Notes: a model not told the origin generated them from the sequence alone. Shown: positions 50,959 to 62,445, counted from the stretch's first letter. The stretch: DNA of 64,000 nucleotides from Ilumatobacteraceae bacterium (GCA_963810675.1 CAWEOL010000014.1:155689-219688), one strand, 5' to 3'. Numbers and translations: made by a program.

Positions 50959-51230
50959 CAGCGCATGTTAGGGAAGAGCTTCGAAAGGTTTTTGCGATCT
51001 GCGTGGAGATCTTCTAATGAATAGTTCGCTTCAATGCCATGTGCGGCAAGCCATGTCTGCGCCGCGAGAGAAGTGTCCAGTCCGAGGACGCGCGCCACTT
51101 CGCCCGCGGTGAGTTTGGCCGCACGGTATCCTTCGATTGCGAGCGCTTCAAGGGCAGCTCGATCAAGGTTAGGGCCAAATGCACGTTCGAGTGTTTGTGA
51201 GGCCTCGTTTGGCAGATGCAATGTGGACAT
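50958..51230 (-). CDS. UPF0175 family antitoxin-type protein
   Basis: 90 aa, ...ALAIEGYRAAKLTAGEVARVLGLD.... Its TGA overlaps the DUF3368 ATG by one base. Confidence 0.75.
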   Translation of the reverse strand: MSTLHLPNEASQTLERAFGPNLDRAALEALAIEGYRAAKLTAGEVARVLGLDTSLAAQTWLAAHGIEANYSLEDLHADRKNLSKLFPNMR

Positions 51231-51342
51231 AGGTGACGATTATATGTCCAACGACGGGCCGCCTGACCGGATTTGGTGCCAAGGAGTAAGTTTTCGCCAG
51301 GCAGGGCAATCCCAGCATCATCACCCCATCAACACGTGTCGA

Positions 51343-52289
51343 CTAGTCGCCATCCCGTACGCGTCCGGCCAGGGATTGCAGAAAGGCTATTAAGTCCTGT
51401 TTCTCGCCGTCGGTGAGGTGGAGCGGGCGAATTTTGGCGTCGAGACCGGGGTTACGTTGTCCTCCACCATTGTAGAATTCGATCACGTCTTCCAACGTGG
51501 CGAGACTGCCGTCGTGCATGTAGGGAGGAGTGCGGCTCGCGTCGCGGAGAGTCGGCGTCTTGAAGGCGCCGCGGTCTGCGTCGGCATGAGTGACGCCGGC
51601 GCGCCCTTCATCCGTAACGATTCCCGTTCGCCAGGCGATGCCGGTATTGTGGAATTGCTCGTCCGTGAAATTTGGCCCTGCGTGGCAGGCGCTGCAGCCT
51701 GCCTTGCCGCGGAATAACGCGAGCCCGCGTTGCGCGGGTTCGCTAAGAATACGGCGGTCGTATGGTGAATCTCCAGAGAGGATCGTGCGCATGTAAGAGG
51801 CAAGCGCGCGGGAAGCGTTGTCCAGCGAGGGTTCATCGCCGAAGGTTGTGAGGAACTCCGAGCGATAACGGCTCGATCGCAAGAGTTCCAGAATTGTTTC
51901 CGGAGTCATGCCCAGCTCTTTCGGATTGAAGACTGGTTGAAGCGCCTGTTCTTCCAACGTGGCCGCGCGTCCATCGAGCAGAAAACTGGAGCCCCACGCT
52001 CGATTGACAATGATGGGAACGTTTCGCTCGCCACGCGCGCCGCCCACACCCTCGGCAACCCTCCGCCCATCGGTGAATGCTTTTCGTCGATCATGGCAGC
52101 CCGCACACGATAGCGATCCATCTCGTGAAAGCCGGCGATCGTTGAACAACCGCTTTCCCAAAGAATTCTTGCGGGCGTGAGACGGTTGTCTCCGGCACTG
52201 GACGGTAAAGATAGAAGCCCCAGAGGCCACCGTGGTCCTGCAGCATCCAGGACCACGGCAAGGCACAATATGACGGCAAACCTCATCAT
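51343..52289 (-). pseudogene. di-haem cytochrome c peroxidase (CCP/MauG family); one frame change at ~52160
   Basis: Signal peptide MMRFAVILCLAVVLDAA and DNRLTPARI (ORF 51906..52292), then LGKRLFNDRRLSRDGSLSCAGCHD ... CSACHAGPNFTD ... FKTPTLRD..PYMHDGS (ORF 51343..52392). Confidence 0.85.
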
Positions 52290-54385
52290 CACTTCGTAGC
52301 GGAGATTTGCGGAAACAGGTTCTGAAGTTTCCGAACGGCGTTACTTGTTTTGTGCACAACAAATGCGATGCGGCTGCCGTCCGGATGAACACTAGGACTC
52401 CTCAGGCCAACCATGCGAATCCCAGTGCTATACGCCTGGCCGCCATCGACGGGCTGCACCCAAATCTCATCCGAGCGGACAAACAGACACTGCTTTGCCA
52501 TCCTGAGTCCAAGCTCTGCCCATCGTGAAGAACTTCCATGCGGAAGTGCACGCGGCTCACCCCGGATAGCGGGAATACAAAACGGACATCGATCGTGGAT
52601 TGCCTCGCAGGTAGGCAAACGATAAGTTGCGACCGTCCGGTGAGGCCGCCAGAAAGGCTCATATCCGCTTCACGCTTCGATGCGATACAACTCCTTCTCG
52701 TCGCAGTTTGAAGGTCGCGACGGATGAGGATGAGATGAACGGGTCCGTCGGCCAACGGCTGTCCGCAGTACGGAGCGCCGTGTCGTCGCTTCTTGAAGTA
52801 GAACAAGGTACTTCCCATCGGTTGACGAGATCACCGGCCCGCTCACCATAGTGAAGCGGATCGCTCGCGCTTGAGTTTCTGTATCGAACAAACGCGCGCC
52901 GGTTGGCGGTCCGGAACACGGATCGACAGGTCCGCCAACAGAACCGATTTGCCGTCCGGCAACCAGCCGCGGAGCTCATCTCGGTCACATCGGTCGGAAG
53001 CTCGCGCTCGTTGCGCGGAATCGAGGTCATGGATGACGAGCTCTGTTCTCATCGCAAATGCCAGAAGCTTCCCATTGGGCGACCAGGCCGGTTCCACGGG
53101 AGGTTCGTGCCGGAATGGGGCGGAGATTTCCTTTGGGGAATTCTTCAACTTCCAGGTTGAAGCATCCACTTCCGCGACGTAGACTGAGTTCTGACTTTCA
53201 TCCTGGAGCAAGTATAAGGATCCATCTCGGGGAAATCCCAGGCGCTCACGGAGATCCTGAAGACAGGTTCTCCTTTACGATCTCGGAGAGACCATCGGTT
53301 TCCCATCGGCGACAGGGATCGAGTCGAGCTTGCGTTCCCACTTACAAAGACGACTTTGGAACCGTCGGGGGAGAAAAACGGTATGTTAAGGCGCCAGTTG
53401 GGCCACGAGTTCATTTTCGACGGAACCATCCACCGCGATGGCGTATATGGCGCTGTCATTGCCTTGCCACCTTCAGATGGGTAGGTAAGCCAACGACCGT
53501 CGGAGAGAAGTTGCCAACGTAGGTGTCGGCCCCGCACCACGGCGTTAGGATGTTTAGGTTCCCGGTCTGGAGCGATACGATGCCGATTTGCCAGAAGAGA
53601 TCGATTGGAAGCCGAACGCAGCCGAACCAACGGGCACGCACCAAGGGCAGCCAGCTTTCCATCCGGACTGATCGCGGATATCTCGAAGGACGAGTATTCG
53701 GTGCTATTAGGAGAGATCGTCTGCTCGTCTGTTCCATCTATATCGATTGTCCGGATCTCATGAAGGCCGTCCTTGCCTACTCATAGACGACCCGCTTACC
53801 GTCCGGGGTAGAGTGCGGGAAGGTCGATTCCGCCGTCCGAGGGAGAGGGCGTGGCCCGCAAGTTGCGGTCCTTCTCTAAGGAAACATCATGAATCCAGAG
53901 TCCAGTCTTAGACGCCGTCACCAGGTAGCGGCCATCCGGTGAAGGCCATCACTGTATGGTCGGCGCCCGGGGTATTGCCAGTCCAGATCTTGCTGAGGAC
54001 GATCGGTTTGGATGCAGACCGTACATCTCCCCCGAGCCGTGTCCGCGCAACGGACACCGCTTCCTTTTGGTCGCTGTAGTCTTTCAGCACACGGTCATAT
54101 GCTTTCTTCTCATCTTCCCCTTTGCCAAGCTTTCCGTACAATCGCCCCATTTCGAGGAGCGCCTTTCGCTCCTGCGGTGTGATTGGCTTCGGCGTTGTCC
54201 ACAATCTTCTGATAGAGCGCGATCGCGCCCTTCGGGTCGCCATCAACGAGTTCCTTCTGCGAGGCTGCCTTTAACTGAACGTTCAGGTCTGGCTTGGTCT
54301 TTTGCTGAGCCGCGATGACCGCAGCGAACGTGACCAACGCCAGGGTTACCATCGACCACCATCTCTTAGTTATGCGCTTCTCCAT
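52289..54385 (-). pseudogene. TPR + PD40/WD40-like beta-propeller (TolB-like) exported protein; many frame changes and in-frame stops
   Basis: MEKRITKRWWSMVTLALVTFAAVIAAQ, TPR-like ALYQKIV / LLEMGRLYGKLGKGEDEKKAYDRVLKDY. PD40 motifs: FFSPDGSKVVFVS, AWSPNGKLLAFA, VHPDGSRIAFVV (ORFs 54110..54610, 53908..54246, 53145..53630, 52843..53211, 52289..52618). Confidence 0.65.
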
Positions 54386-54464
54386 GATCTTGTCCTCCTG
54401 AACGAGCACGGTAAGGCCGTGGCGTACCGGAGGAATCTTCGCCTTGTCACGGGTTTGTCTTTGT

Positions 54465-55151
54465 TCATCCATCGAATCGATATCCTGCGCCGCGAATACT
54501 GAACAGATAACGCGGTTCCGCCGGAGTAGGTTCAATTTTCTTCCGCACGTTGGCAATCTGGTTATCCACGACGCGGTCGGTGACGAAAGTGTCCTGTCCC
54601 CAAACGTCATCCAACAACTGTTGCCGCGTCAGGACGCGTCCGCGCTGCCGCACGAGAGCGGCCAGAAGTTTGAACTCCACGGGAGTGAAACTCACGGCCG
54701 CTCCGGCACGGCGCACCTCATGCCGCGTGAAATCCACTTCGACATCGCCGAACCGATAGATCTCCGGAAGCTCTCCCGACGCGCGGCGCAACGCTGCTTT
54801 GATCCGCGCTCGCAGCTCTCTCGGACTGTAGGGCTTCGTGACGTAATCGTCCGCCCCGATCTCCAGGCCGAGCACTTTCTCGGCTTCCTGTGAGCGTGCC
54901 GTCAGCAAAATGATCGGCAGGCGCAAACCTGCCCGGCGAAGATCACGGCAAACTTCGAAGCCGTCTTTGCCGGGCAGCATCACATCCAATAGGAGGAGGT
55001 CGAAAGCGCCTTCGCGGGCACGGCGCGCGGCTTCGTTGCCATTGTCGACGGTTTCCACGGCGTATCCCTCCTGCTTGAGATCGTCTTCCAGCGCCATGGC
55101 GATGCCCGTCTCATCCTCCACCACCAGAATGCGCGCGGTCTTTCCGGTCAT
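54465..55151 (-). CDS. OmpR/PhoB-family response regulator
   Basis: 228 aa intact. ILVVEDE, LLLLDVMLPGKDG, KPYSPREL, and a winged-helix C-terminus ending YRF. Confidence 0.92.
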   Translation of the reverse strand: MTGKTARILVVEDETGIAMALEDDLKQEGYAVETVDNGNEAARRAREGAFDLLLLDVMLPGKDGFEVCRDLRRAGLRLPIILLTARSQEAEKVLGLEIGADDYVTKPYSPRELRARIKAALRRASGELPEIYRFGDVEVDFTRHEVRRAGAAVSFTPVEFKLLAALVRQRGRVLTRQQLLDDVWGQDTFVTDRVVDNQIANVRKKIEPTPAEPRYLFSIRGAGYRFDG

Positions 55152-57119
55152 CCTTTGTTCACCCGATCTGCCATCGGCAATTGAATCGTGAATGTTGTTC
55201 CCCTGCCGGGGGCGCTTTCAAGAACTACCTCGCCCCCGTGCGTGCGGACGATGTGCTGTGCCATTGCGAGTCCGATGCCGGTGCCGGAAACGTTCAGCTC
55301 TTTCGACGCGGCGCCGCGTACGAATTTTTCGAATATGGTCCTTTGCTCTTCGGCAGGAATACCGAATCCGTCGTCGTGAACATGAATCGCCACGCCATTC
55401 CCATGCCGTGACAAATGGACGCCAACGACTAGAGAGTTCGGCGAATACTTCACGGCATTCTCCAGCAGAGTTCCGAATCGCGCGCGAAAGCGCTTCGCGG
55501 TTGGCGCGGATCGTGGAGGATTGCGGTTTGACGCCGTTTGAGGTGAATTCCACACGGTGCGCGCCGGGATCCTGAGCGAGGCTCGATTCAAACTCCGCAA
55601 CTGCAGCCTGAGTCAGTTCGACAGGATCGACGGCCTCAAGAGATTGCGCCGTTCGTCCCGCTTCCATGCGGCCGAAAGCCAGGAGCCCTTCGACGAGCCG
55701 GTGAAGACGTTCGGTTTCTCGCGCCATGACGGTGTAATACTGACGCCGGCGGTCGTCCGCGAGGACCGTGTTGTTGGCCAGGAGTTCGGTCATGTGCCGA
55801 AGGGCGGTCAGCGGTGTTCGGAATTCGTGGGACACGGCCGACACGAAGTCCGATTGAAGTCGCGACACCGCAAACTCGCGCCCGGCCGCTCGCAGCGTGA
55901 AGTAGCCGCCGAGCAGCGTAAGCAGTGCCATTAATGCAAGTCCGGCCGACAGAAGACGGCGGCGTGCCGTGATCTGTGCGGAATCGGCATCTGGATGTGC
56001 GCTGGCGACTTGAATGGTCCAGGGAAGACGTGTTTCGCCAGCGCTTCGTGTGGCCGCAATTGTATTGGAAGAGAAGACGGGACCGAAGACAGGATGCTTC
56101 TCCGTGTCCGCGAGCGAAAGGTTGACTCCCTGCTTCTCCCAGATATCCTTCCATTGCGACTCCACATAACCGGGGCCAACGACAAAAGCCGTGAGCGTGT
56201 TTCCTGAAGCTCGCTCGAGGGCCGTCACCGAACGATCGCCGATCCAGATGCTGCGCCATTCTGCTTCCTGCGACCCGGCTGACGGCCCTGACTGCCAGCG
56301 GGTCCACAGCTCGTTGACGTCCTGTGTCAGAGCCAGCTGATCGGGAGATGGCGCGCCAGGCTGCGCTTCCGATGGGAATCGGCGCGGCGCGTCCTCAAGA
56401 TAGAGTTTGTAGGACTCGCGGTCCAGCAGCCAGCGTCCGTTCTCGAAGTCGGTGTTCAGAGCCCTGGACGCCTGCAGCAGCTCGGCAGTGAGTCCGAGTT
56501 CGCCCAGTACGTCACACTGTCTTTCGCGTGCCAACAGGTCCACCGGAGTCCCGGCGATGTTCATCGGCCCGAATCGCTCCAATTCCCGGTAGGCTGAAAG
56601 CGCCTCCTGGAGCTGGTAATTCTTTCTATAGCTCCGTGCAAGGTGCAACCAGGCTCCGGTGCGCGTAAGGAGATCGTTGGAGCGGGTGAGCTCGCGATAC
56701 ACACCGATAGCGCCCGCGTAATTCGCTTCGTATTCCAGCGCTTCGCCTGCATCAAAGACCCCGGGCCGGGGGCCACCCGCGGCAGGCAACGCAGGAACAT
56801 AGAGAACCCGACCAGACGGCTGTGCGTGAACGCCATCCAAGCTGAACGTGACGAGGACAGTGTCATCGGGCAGCTTTTGAGGATCGCTTTCAAGTTTGGC
56901 GAATCGCTCACTCTCGCCTGCAAGACGCTCTCTGAGAGCCGCGGCAACGACCTCCGCAGATTTCTCAAGCCTGTCATGCAGCCGCTGAGTCTCCAGTTCC
57001 TGATCCTGTTCGAGCAGTTTCCAGCTCAAGACGCCGAGCGCCGCCACAGGTATCAGGGTTACGATCAGGAACAGAGTCAACACGCGGCGCGGTGCGCGCG
57101 TTAACCGTCCGAACTGCAT
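55148..57119 (-). pseudogene. sensor histidine kinase with large periplasmic sensor domain; one extra base at ~55478
   Basis: TM helix VLTLFLIVTLIPVAALGVL, second TM LSAGLALMALLTLLGGYF, H-box SHEFRTPL (ORF 55218..57119). Then LLENAVKYSP, DDGFGIP, GTGIGLAMA (ORF 55148..55600). ATGA overlap with the regulator. Confidence 0.85.
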
Positions 57120-57700
57120 GCCGAGACCTCCGCCACAGAGTTGGTGAGAGTCTATATCGCGCCTGTCACGGCGTACTCATGCAATTGTCACGAGTTTGTC
57201 TGCGTCTGCAGGCGGGATCGCTCAAAGTTTGCCTTGTGCGAGCTTCTTGCGAACTGCGCGATTCCACACATCAGCGCACCCGTCAGGATCATCTTGATCG
57301 CAGAGGCCGGTGCGCGGTTCCTGTTCGGCATCGTATTGCTCGGAGCGCGCGTTTATGCCCGAGTTCAAATCGTGAGGTCCCTTCACTTGCCTGAGCGATG
57401 GCTTGGACCAGGCGATTTCCGAATGCCATGAGTTCCGGTTTGCCGCCATGTCGTTGAAGTGTTTCCGTCAGACGCGCGAATCAAGATGGCTAGGTCAAAA
57501 ACTCCAAAACTCCGCAGTGTTCTTTGATTCTTCTTTCAGTGACGACGGGGTAAATCTTGTCGGTCGTCGTAAGGTTCAAAGCCCAACCTCGCTGTTGCAA
57601 TCACTCGGGTTAAAGGCATTGGTGGCCAATTGGTGGCCGGTAATTTTCAGATTGTTGACCACCAAAGAGTGCGGGTGATTTTGATTTCTTCGTTAACGCA

Positions 57701-57730
57701 AAGAAAAAAGGCCGGTTGTTCACCGGCCTT
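57701..57730 (-). terminator. rho-independent terminator directly after the tRNA fragment
   Basis: On the minus strand: AAGGCCGGT-GAACA-ACCGGCCTT followed by TTTTTT. Confidence 0.75.
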
Positions 57731-57731
57731 C

Positions 57732-57775
57732 AATTGCGGGGGAGGATTTGAACCTCCGACCTTTGGGTTATGAGC
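57732..57775 (-). tRNA. 3' half of a tRNA-Met (CAT anticodon loop to acceptor end), fragment only (copy A)
   Basis: Minus strand: GCTCATAACCCAAAGGTCGGAGGTTCAAATCCTCCCCCGCAATT (anticodon loop CTCATAA, T-arm GGAGG-TTCAAAT-CCTCC). No D-arm or 5' acceptor follows. Confidence 0.8.
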
Positions 57776-57804
57776 ACAGTTTAATGATGGCCGGTCCTTT
57801 CGTT

Positions 57805-57944
57805 TCAAAGCAGTTGGTGGCTGTTGATGTCCGGTTTTACCTCTTGTTCTCGAATTTCTGTGAGCATTTTGTGAGCAATAATCGGCAACAAATGGACTTT
57901 CATAAGGGTGTGTATTTCGGCGTCGGTAGGCTGAGCTGCTATTC
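57805..57944 (-). pseudogene. possible tyrosine-integrase N-terminal (SAM-like domain) remnant
   Basis: The tail of ORF 57805..58140 reads AEIHTLMKVHLLPIIAHKMLTEIREQEV, resembling the integrase N-terminal motif. Only ~45 codons remain before the tRNA fragment. Confidence 0.3.
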
Positions 57945-57971
57945 GGCCATCCTTTATATATAAGGATGGCC
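57945..57971. other. perfect 10-bp hairpin GGCCATCCTT-TATATAT-AAGGATGGCC
   Basis: Seen directly. It sits inside the 111-codon ORF 57805..58140, which argues that the ORF's 5' part is not coding. Confidence 0.7.
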
Positions 57972-58141
57972 TACCGGTGGTGAATTTTGAATACTCCGTT
58001 TGTTCCTTGAAGAGACGAAAACAAGCCTTTTTGCGACTATGGCGTCGCATCGACCTCTCGCAACTCTTCAGTCGCTGCATTGCCTTTTTTCGGAAGGCCT
58101 TCGGGCACATCCGACGCCCACTTGTACCGCTTATCCGCAAG

Positions 58142-61100
58142 TCAGAAACTGATGCGAAGTTGTCCCTGCAGCTCGCGAGTCAGCGTGGACTTGCCGCTGA
58201 TCACGCCAAAGTTGGCGTTGTTGATATTCAGATTCGGACTGTTGGGCTCGGGATGGTTGAGTACATTCGTTGCGTCCACGCGGATTTGCAGGCTCTTGGA
58301 CTCTCGGATCTTGAACGACTTGCCCATGCTCGCGTCAAAGCGCCAGCGCCCCGGTCCGTCCACCACACGCTGGCCCAGAGTGCCCCGCGTTCCGGGCAGG
58401 GGATTCTGAAGAAGAATCTGGCCGGTCTTGGCATCCGCGATAGCGTTGAGGGTGCATGCGTCGCGGAGGCCCTGTTGCGTCGTGACCCTGGCGCACTGCG
58501 GATCGTGGACCTGCGTGAAGCTTGCCGTATCAAAGTAAGTCCCGCTGGGACCGCCGAGGAACTGAACCTTGCCGCCCTTCAGGTCGAAGGGTCCGACAAT
58601 ATCCGCAGTTCCGTTGTTGTAGAGCATGTTCTGGGCGGCGATGTCCAGCGGCTGCTCCGCTGTTGAGGTTCACGATCCAGCTCATCTGCCAACCCTCGAT
58701 GATTCGCGCCACAACTCCCGAGCTGTTACCGAAGAAGAACTTGTTGGGTCCGAATCGGCAGCGCGAACGTTCCGTTGGTGCGGAAGTCGTGCACGCGCGT
58801 GTCCGGCAAGCACTGCATAGTCGGCGTGCCGGTCCAGCGGGTCCGTGAACACCTGTCCAAGCCGGTCGGCACCAGGGAAGCCCGCGCCCAGGTTCTTGCT
58901 CCAGGTGTAGGTCGACTGAGTGCTGACGCCGTGCACCGGCCGCAGCGTGACCTGCGCGTTCAGCGAGTGGTAGTTGTTGCTGAAATTGTTCGTCATGAGG
59001 TTTACGGCGCCGAACTGCGGATTGGTCACGATGAAGTTTTCCGGAAATCCGTTGTGCCGGAGCACGCTGCCCTGAACGCGTGCCGGAATGACCGGCAGCG
59101 TGGGATTGCTGGCGGTCGCGTAGTTCAACGTGTTCAGCGAGGCGGCGAGCGCCATGTAATTTCCGTTGGCAAGGTTGGATTTAAACGTGGTGGATTGCCG
59201 CATGTGCATTCCGGCCGTCTGCAGAACGCCATTGAACGGCTGTTCCCACCGGTCCGAATCCCGCGCCCGCGATGTTGATTCCGTTGAATATCTGGTCCAA
59301 CAACGGCGATTCATCGCCGCTTCGCACCGCGTCGAAGGCTTCCTTCAATCCGTTGCTCCGGAAGTTGGGCACATTGATGTTGTTCGCCGCGCTGCGCTGC
59401 TTCCTGCCCAGCGTGCCGATGTAGCGCAGGTCCACCGACACTTTCGACCCGACGCTTCGCGTGACCGACAGCGTGAGGTTCTGCGCGTAGGGAGTCACAA
59501 GGTTCGGATCCGGAATATAAATCTGCTGGCTTCGCTCCGTCAGGGGAATGGGCTGCATTGGCTTGTAGTAAGATTGGGCACCGGAATCAACGACGGCAGC
59601 TTCGTGAGATCGAGATAGGCATTGGCGCTGCTGTCCCCGGTATACGTGACGTTGTTCGTGCTGCCCGGCGCGTTGGTTTCCTGCACCATGGAACTGTATC
59701 CGTCCCCAATCTGATACGTGATCTGATATCCGCCGCGCACGGTCGTCTTCCCCTCGCCAAACCACGGAACCTGCCAGGCAAAGCCAACGGCGGGACCAAA
59801 ATTGTTCCAGTCGTTCGGATACCACGCGATGCCGGGATTCGGGGAGTTCTTGCCGACATACTGGAACACCGTCGGGTCGGCGCGTACTCCAGGGCTCATC
59901 CAATCGTCGAAGCTTCGTCCCGAAATTCCGAAAGCGGCGTTGCCTCCTCCAACCGGGAGCGGCATCAAGCCGTTGGCTTCGTACGGCACGCCATAGTAGT
60001 CGTAACGCAGGCCGAGGTTGAGCGTGAGACTCTTCATCACCTTCCAGTCGTCTTTGAAGAAGAAGGCTGAACTCATTGATCCGCATATCGCGAACCTTGC
60101 CCGGGTACGTTCTTGTAGTCGTCGAATGCGTCCAATTTCTCGGGGTCTTGCATGTAGTAGTACTGCGTGATGCTGCCGACCGATCCGGCAAGGAAACTCA
60201 GCAGATTCCGCATTCTCACGTTGTTTCCCGTGGCGGTCGTGCCGGCAAGTCCCGGGCATGTTCGTGCGTGCTGATTGCCGCTGGCGATATCTGGGAAAGC
60301 GTGAGGTCGCCCCCCGTGACGCGCGGGATGGCGGTGGTGCCGATGCCGGCGTCGAGTCCCCAGGAGCCGCCTCTGCGGATTTCACCGCCGAATTTGAAGG
60401 CGTGTTTGCCTTTCGTCCAACTGAGCGTGTCGCCGTACTGCCACAGCACCGTGTGGTCCGAGAAACGTCCGCGTATTCCCGCCGCCGAGCGGCTGGTTCG
60501 CCTGGAAGTTCACCTGGCCAAGTCCCAGTCCCACGAAAACCGGGATATCCGTTGAAGTTGGGAAAGAACTGCCTGCACGGCCTCGCTGGGATTCGGGATC
60601 GTCAGCCCGTTCCACTCTGTGAACCCGGTGCGCCGCATCCCCACACGGGCTTCATTGACGAGCGTCGGCGACAGCGTCGATGTGAAAGTGACGGAGAGGT
60701 GCTGCGGATGCCGGTAACGGCTGCCCGAAAAAGTGTCCGGCCACGTCATCAAGTTCGCACCGCCGGCGGACCGTTCATAGGTGTAGGTTGCCGCCGACCT
60801 TGTGCGACGCGTTGAAGTTGTGATCCAGCTTGACGTTGATCTGCTTGCGCGCGACGCCGGTCCCGCCAAATCGCGAATATGCCTTCGTTGCCGCCTCTCA
60901 CGCGCGAACCCACCGGTAGCCCGCCGTATTCAAGCCATCGCCGATCTCGTAGTTGTTCGGCAGCGGCATCTTGCCCAGGAGCTTGCTCACAAATCCGGTC
61001 GAATCCATGGCCTTCCGGTTTGTGTCCCAGGGCGCGCCCTGCACCACGGCGTCGGAACAGTCCGCTTTGGTAGGGACGTGTTCTGCAGCGGACCGAATAC

Positions 61101-62281
61101 GCTCGCGTACCGGAGAGTGCCGGTAAACGGGTTGGTCGTCGGGTTCTGGTCCGCTCCGGATTCGTTGCCGGCCTGAGCGGATTACCAACTCCATCCACCA
61201 CCGCAATCGTCGGAGTAGTGCCGGTGGCCTGAGTAACTTGAAATGCGTTTCCGTTATTCCACGTGTCGAAGTACCGGAAAATGCCATTCCGCGCGCACGG
61301 CGTCAGCACCGTAGGGTTTTGAACCAGGCGCTCATTGACGATCATGCCGTCCCACAGCGCGAAGAAAAACGTTTTGTTTTTGACGATCGGCCCACCGAGG
61401 CTGCCCGTGTACTGGTTTCTGTTGATCCAATCCTTGGGAGTGGGCTTCCATGCGCCGGTTCTTGGATCGACGGCCCTGTTGTTGGCCCAGGTGTTGGCGT
61501 CCAACGCGCTGTTTCGGACGGACCACACGGCGCTGCCGCTAAACTGGTTGGTTCCCGATCGCGTGAAAACCTGCATCTGTCCGTTGCCGCGCCCCATTTC
61601 GGCATCCACGGGCGCGACGATCAGGCGCATTTCGCCGATCAGGTCCGGACTCATGTACGTGGACGGCGTCATACCCGCTTGCATATTGCGCGCCGCGCCG
61701 CTGGACTCCATGCCGTCCCGCGTCACATTGACGCTGCGCACAAACAGGCCGGCAAAGGTTCCGGTCACACCGTTGGCGTCCATGCGCGTCCCCGGCAACG
61801 TATCCAGCAGACCCATCACGTTGTTGCCGACGATGGGCAGGTCCTGCACCCTTTGTTCGGAAAGCACGCTTCCAACCGACGAACTCGATGTCGCCAACAG
61901 CGTGTCCACCGCGACAGTGACGTCAACCGACGTCCCTACCGAACTCAGGCTCAGCGTGAAGTTCAACCGGATCTGTTGATCGTTTCCAAGTTGAACGTCA
62001 CTGTAAGTCTTGGTCTGAAAACCAGGCAACTGCGCGCTGACCTTGTACACTCCCGGCATCAGACTGGCAAAGTTGTACGCCCCCGCTTCGTTGCTCAACA
62101 CGGTCCTGACGATTCCGGTCGCATTATTCGTTGCGGTGACCGTTACGCCGGGCAGCACCGCGCCTGTGGCGTCATCAATTGTTCCGCTTATCCTGGCAAC
62201 GCCGGATTGAGTGAACGCCGGCATGGGTGCAATTAGAATTAGAAAAAGCAACGCTGCCGTGAGGGCAAAGAGATTTCTCAT
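58142..62281 (-). pseudogene. CarboxypepD_reg-domain TonB-dependent receptor (~1,380 codons); many frame changes
   Basis: GGGAGGA RBS. MRNLFALTAALLFLILIAPMPAFTQ, ISGTIDDATGAVLPGVTVTATNNATGIVRTVLSNEAGAYNFASLMPGVYKV, C-terminal ...ELQGQLRISF. Homology hops across ORFs 60749..62356, 60510..60869, 59540..60385, 59181..60191, 58682..59314 and 58142..58627. Confidence 0.8.
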
Positions 62282-62401
62282 GGTTCCTCCCAGTCCTGAT
62301 TGGGTTTTCTTGAAGTGGTGCGGGCGGAACTTAACGTCATCGGCCCATTTTTGCAAGGATTTTCGGATCTGCGGTCAGCAAGATCTAGGGATTTAGAGGG
62401 A

Positions 62402-62445
62402 AATTGCGGGGGAGGATTTGAACCTCCGACCTTTGGGTTATGAGC
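62402..62445 (-). tRNA. second identical 44-nt tRNA-Met 3' half, fragment only (copy B)
   Basis: Matches 57732..57775 base for base on visual comparison, in direct orientation. The flanks differ on both sides and no 5' half is present. Confidence 0.8.

Noticed and set aside
57222-57449. Tyrosine recombinase C-terminal fragment (…PHDL…)
   Set aside because: Only a 4-residue resemblance exists. No R..HxxR..Y pattern is recoverable in any frame.
57732-57830. Complete tRNA-Met genes at 57.7 kb and 62.4 kb
   Set aside because: The sequence on the 5' side of the anticodon loop (minus strand) has no TTGCGGG acceptor strand or D-arm in either copy. Copy B pairs only 4 of 5 anticodon-stem positions. 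Both are fragments.
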